This document shows, in pieces, positions 61,179 through 64,000 of a stretch of DNA of 64,000 bases. This DNA is from Candidatus Levyibacteriota bacterium (GTDB lineage Bacteria; Patescibacteriota; Microgenomatia; Levybacterales; UBA12049). A program made the translations under genes and the position numbers. Position 1 is the stretch's first letter; each line of letters begins with the position of its first letter. Where the stretch lies: the NCBI GenBank assembly GCA_016182185.1, contig JACOXU010000001.1, positions 115,190-179,189 on the forward strand, given 5' to 3'. The notes beneath the pieces are model-generated. The model worked only from the letters and a program-made list of their open reading frames with translations. It did no database searches and was not told the DNA's origin.

Positions 61179-61731
61179 ATTTGATAGGAATTGCAAATAC
61201 CAGAAGTCTTTGTAAGGATGTGCCGATAGGCACACATGTCTGAAGTATTAATTGTTTTTTTTGAGCATTAAGAAGGAAGCTTACTTCGTTAGGCCAAACT
61301 GTCTTTTTATCAGTAACCTTATACTTATATTCTTTTCCATCTTTAAAAATCGTAATCGCGTCCCCTCTTTGAAGCTCAGGAAGTCTAAAAAAAGCGACAT
61401 TGTATCTTGTGATTCTCCAAGGAAGATCCGAGGAGTGGGCAAAAAGAAACATGGTTCCATCTCTATCGGGAAGATATGTTCCTTTGGCTTGAGCTATCCC
61501 CTTTTGAAGAGACGCTCTGTACTCATCTTCATTAAACGGATCAACGTTTTTAATAATTGGAGTTTTGATATTTATTTTAGGTATTTCAATATAAAAGGAT
61601 TTATCAGAAAATTCAGAAATTTTAGGAGGAAACAAATAAAGATTTACAAGAGGATAGTAGATAAAAATGAGCAAAAAAAGCGAAAACGCCATTAAGGCGT
61701 TTCCTATAAACTTTCGTTTAAGCAAAAGCAT
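61177..61731 (-). CDS. sortase (class D/E-like)
   Basis: N-terminal TM, IEIPKI, catalytic His (FAHS), Cys (LQTC) and Arg (QRL). ATG 61731 preferred over 61782. Confidence 0.9.
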   Translation of the reverse strand: MLLLKRKFIGNALMAFSLFLLIFIYYPLVNLYLFPPKISEFSDKSFYIEIPKINIKTPIIKNVDPFNEDEYRASLQKGIAQAKGTYLPDRDGTMFLFAHSSDLPWRITRYNVAFFRLPELQRGDAITIFKDGKEYKYKVTDKKTVWPNEVSFLLNAQKKQLILQTCVPIGTSLQRLLVFAIPIK

Positions 61732-62857
61732 AAGAAGGTGGAGAGGGATCTGAACCAAAGCGCAAATACCATCCCGCAGCAAACATTATAATCGCAAGAA
61801 GCGTCATAAGCAACATAAGGTATCCACCGGTTGCAGGAAGCACAGCTCCAATTGCTGCTCCCAATACCTGACCTGCTCCCCCGACCGAGCTGCCATTTCC
61901 GCCGCCACCGCCGCCACCGCTTGATGAAGGGGTCGTGCCCGGATTTCCGCCGACTGGCGGAGTCTCTCCATCTCCTCCGGGAGGTGTTGGAGAACAATTA
62001 CAATCCACGCTAACAAGTGAACTGTTAATATTTTCATTGCCGATATTAACTACGCTTACGATATCTCCGGTTGCTATTAAAACACTGCCGTTATTCTTGT
62101 TTGCAATATTTTCTCCTGTATTTGCATCGACAATAACATTATTAATGATTTCTGCTATATTTCTAGTTTCATAATTAAAAATGCTGTTAAACAACAGGCT
62201 TATCTGGTTTATAGAATAATCGCCGTTACCAGATACGGAAACTGATACCCCACTGCTTCCTACCAAGTGGGAATCAAAATTTTGGTTTATGTTTTTATTG
62301 AGAATATCTATAAGAGTCGCAATATTACCTGTTTTTATAGTTATATCACCATTATTAAAGTTCGTATCATTTCTGCCTGTATTGGCGGAAACATTGACAT
62401 TATTTGTTATATTTGCGCTGTTTTGCTGGTTAACATTTGCGATGTTTGAAATATTCAAATTAATACTGTTTGCTGAATTTACTCCATTACCGTCGATCTT
62501 GACATTTACCCCAGAGCCACAGCCGCATCCGTCAACTACCGCTGTATTTTGATTTATATTTTGATTGTTAATATTGGTAGTACTATCTATTGATCCTGTT
62601 TGGATATTCGCATCGCCGGTATTTGAAGATGCATTGTTATTGCCTGTATCCGCGTTTGCATCGACATTATTGGTAATTTGCGCCTCATTTGACTGCTCAA
62701 CAGTAGTCGTTGTTGATACATTAGCTTCAACAGTATTATTTGAAGAACTGCCGTTCCCCGAAATCGATAGCACAATTTCCTCTGCTCTTGCTACTGTTGA
62801 AAAAACAAAAGCAAGAATTAAGAAAAATATACTTGATGTAAATATCCTTTTAATCAT
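61718..62857 (-). CDS. Asn-rich three-repeat surface protein with an LPATG sorting signal
   Basis: Signal ending ARA; three GNG...A(N/D)TG...TG repeats; CGC and CNC pairs; P/G linker; VLPATG, TM, then R. Confidence 0.8.
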   Translation of the reverse strand: MIKRIFTSSIFFLILAFVFSTVARAEEIVLSISGNGSSSNNTVEANVSTTTTVEQSNEAQITNNVDANADTGNNNASSNTGDANIQTGSIDSTTNINNQNINQNTAVVDGCGCGSGVNVKIDGNGVNSANSINLNISNIANVNQQNSANITNNVNVSANTGRNDTNFNNGDITIKTGNIATLIDILNKNINQNFDSHLVGSSGVSVSVSGNGDYSINQISLLFNSIFNYETRNIAEIINNVIVDANTGENIANKNNGSVLIATGDIVSVVNIGNENINSSLVSVDCNCSPTPPGGDGETPPVGGNPGTTPSSSGGGGGGGNGSSVGGAGQVLGAAIGAVLPATGGYLMLLMTLLAIIMFAAGWYLRFGSDPSPPSYAFA

Positions 62858-62906
62858 ATTATTGAAAACAAAATTTTCTTTGATAAATTCGGAGAAAGAA
62901 AGATAT

Positions 62907-64000
62907 TTATACTTCTCTCTTTCGGGGCAGATATTTAAATAAATATTTTTTACTAATTAAATAGAGCATTAAGAAAATTGGTGCGGCTGCAATAATCCAT
63001 GCAAGATTAATTGTTATCTTTTTAACTGCTTCTTGAGTTTCATCTGAATTGGCACTACTGTTTATTGAAGCAACTTGAATCCCGGCAATTCCATTCACAA
63101 CTTTTGCCAGAACTTTTACACCGGTTGAATTTCCGGCTGCGACTACAATCGCACTGGTTCCTCCTGAGCTACTTTCTCCTGTTGAATTATTTTCAGATGC
63201 TTGATTTGAATCACTGCTATTATTATTTACCAAACTTTCTTGAGAAGGCGCCCCTCCCACTGCAAGGTTATTTGATCTTTTTTGAGTACCGGGTGTGACA
63301 AAATCTCCTACCCAGCTTCCGAAAACATTTACAAAGGTTACAACGAGCTTTCCTCCTCCTGTAATATTGTTATTTACGAAATTTACAAGATTGGCAATTA
63401 TCTTAGCATCTCCGGTTGTAATACTTGAATTTCCACCCGTATTGTAACTTGAAGAATTTCCACCTGTATTTGCAGAAAGGTTAATATTATTCGTTATTTG
63501 AGCATTGTTATTTTGATTTACTGTATTATTGGTAGTACTAGATACGTCTGCTGTATTATTTGACAATGCACCGTTTCCCGAGTTCACGGCAATTATTTCT
63601 CCATCCTCATTTACAATAAACTCAGTCCCTGCTGATCCAGCGTAATTACTACCCTCTGGCGCTCCTAGAATCTGACCCACCCATTGTCCCGCTCTATTTA
63701 CAATTACCAGCCACCAAGTTCCTCCGTTAATATTAGAGTTTGCAATATTTAAGACTTGCGCATTTACATCTGCATTTCCGGTAGTGACATTTGAATCACC
63801 ACCTGTGTTGAAACTTGAACTGTTATCTCCTGTATTTGCCGAAAGAATAAGGTTATTGTCGATCAGTGCGTCATTATTCTGGAAAGTATCATTATTAATA
63901 GTATTATCAATGTTGGCTGCGTTAGTTGATCCTGCGCTATTGCCGGTATTTGCAGCTGTCAAAGAACCTCCGCATGTTGAACATGTGGAGGAACCTGCAA
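62907..64000 (-). CDS. large Asn-rich repeat surface protein with a C-terminal TM anchor (5' end beyond window)
   Basis: The frame stays open to the window edge (AGSSTCSTCGGSLTAANTGN...). Same repeat unit; C-terminal TM plus basic tail. Confidence 0.75.
   Translation of the reverse strand, partial: AGSSTCSTCGGSLTAANTGNSAGSTNAANIDNTINNDTFQNNDALIDNNLILSANTGDNSSSFNTGGDSNVTTGNADVNAQVLNIANSNINGGTWWLVIVNRAGQWVGQILGAPEGSNYAGSAGTEFIVNEDGEIIAVNSGNGALSNNTADVSSTTNNTVNQNNNAQITNNINLSANTGGNSSSYNTGGNSSITTGDAKIIANLVNFVNNNITGGGKLVVTFVNVFGSWVGDFVTPGTQKRSNNLAVGGAPSQESLVNNNSSDSNQASENNSTGESSSGGTSAIVVAAGNSTGVKVLAKVVNGIAGIQVASINSSANSDETQEAVKKITINLAWIIAAAPIFLMLYLISKKYLFKYLPRKREV

Overview
AT-rich, gene-dense bacterial window in genetic code 11. 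It most resembles a Patescibacteria/CPR genome, probably Microgenomates; this is inferred from the compact dcw cluster, short ATP synthase delta, short MurG glycine loop and GT-C expansion. In order: partial gatB, an orphan nucleotidyltransferase, dnaE, the atpBEFHAGDC operon, pyrF-pyrE, tRNA-Thr(CGT), a ~27 kb surface-glycosylation region (many GT-C, GT2 and GT4 enzymes, methyltransferases, a flippase, an O-antigen-ligase-like gene, a secreted LamG + C39 peptidase), tRNA-Val(CAC), lepB, parB, rpmA, rplU, rodA, ileS, two more GT-Cs, a small accessory islet (38-aa membrane ORF, HAD, 2H phosphoesterase, Doc toxin with a 41-aa antitoxin) and mraY-ftsW-murG-ftsQ-like-ftsA-ftsZ. The most interesting part is 57.2-64 kb, a candidate extracellular fibre system. 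It has a TasA-like/SipW/lamin-tail/RTX operon behind a structured, terminator-containing leader. It also has three paralogous Asn/Gly-ladder repeat proteins with Cys-pair linkers (one free, one LPATG sortase-anchored, one membrane-anchored) and a sortase, an arrangement reminiscent of chaplins. Other signals: many apparently leaderless genes, with strong Shine-Dalgarno sites mainly before polymer subunits; 7-bp tandem repeats and a 26-nt palindrome inside glycosyltransferase ORFs; and non-canonical IleRS motifs. All calls come from reading the sequence by eye; no database searches were run.
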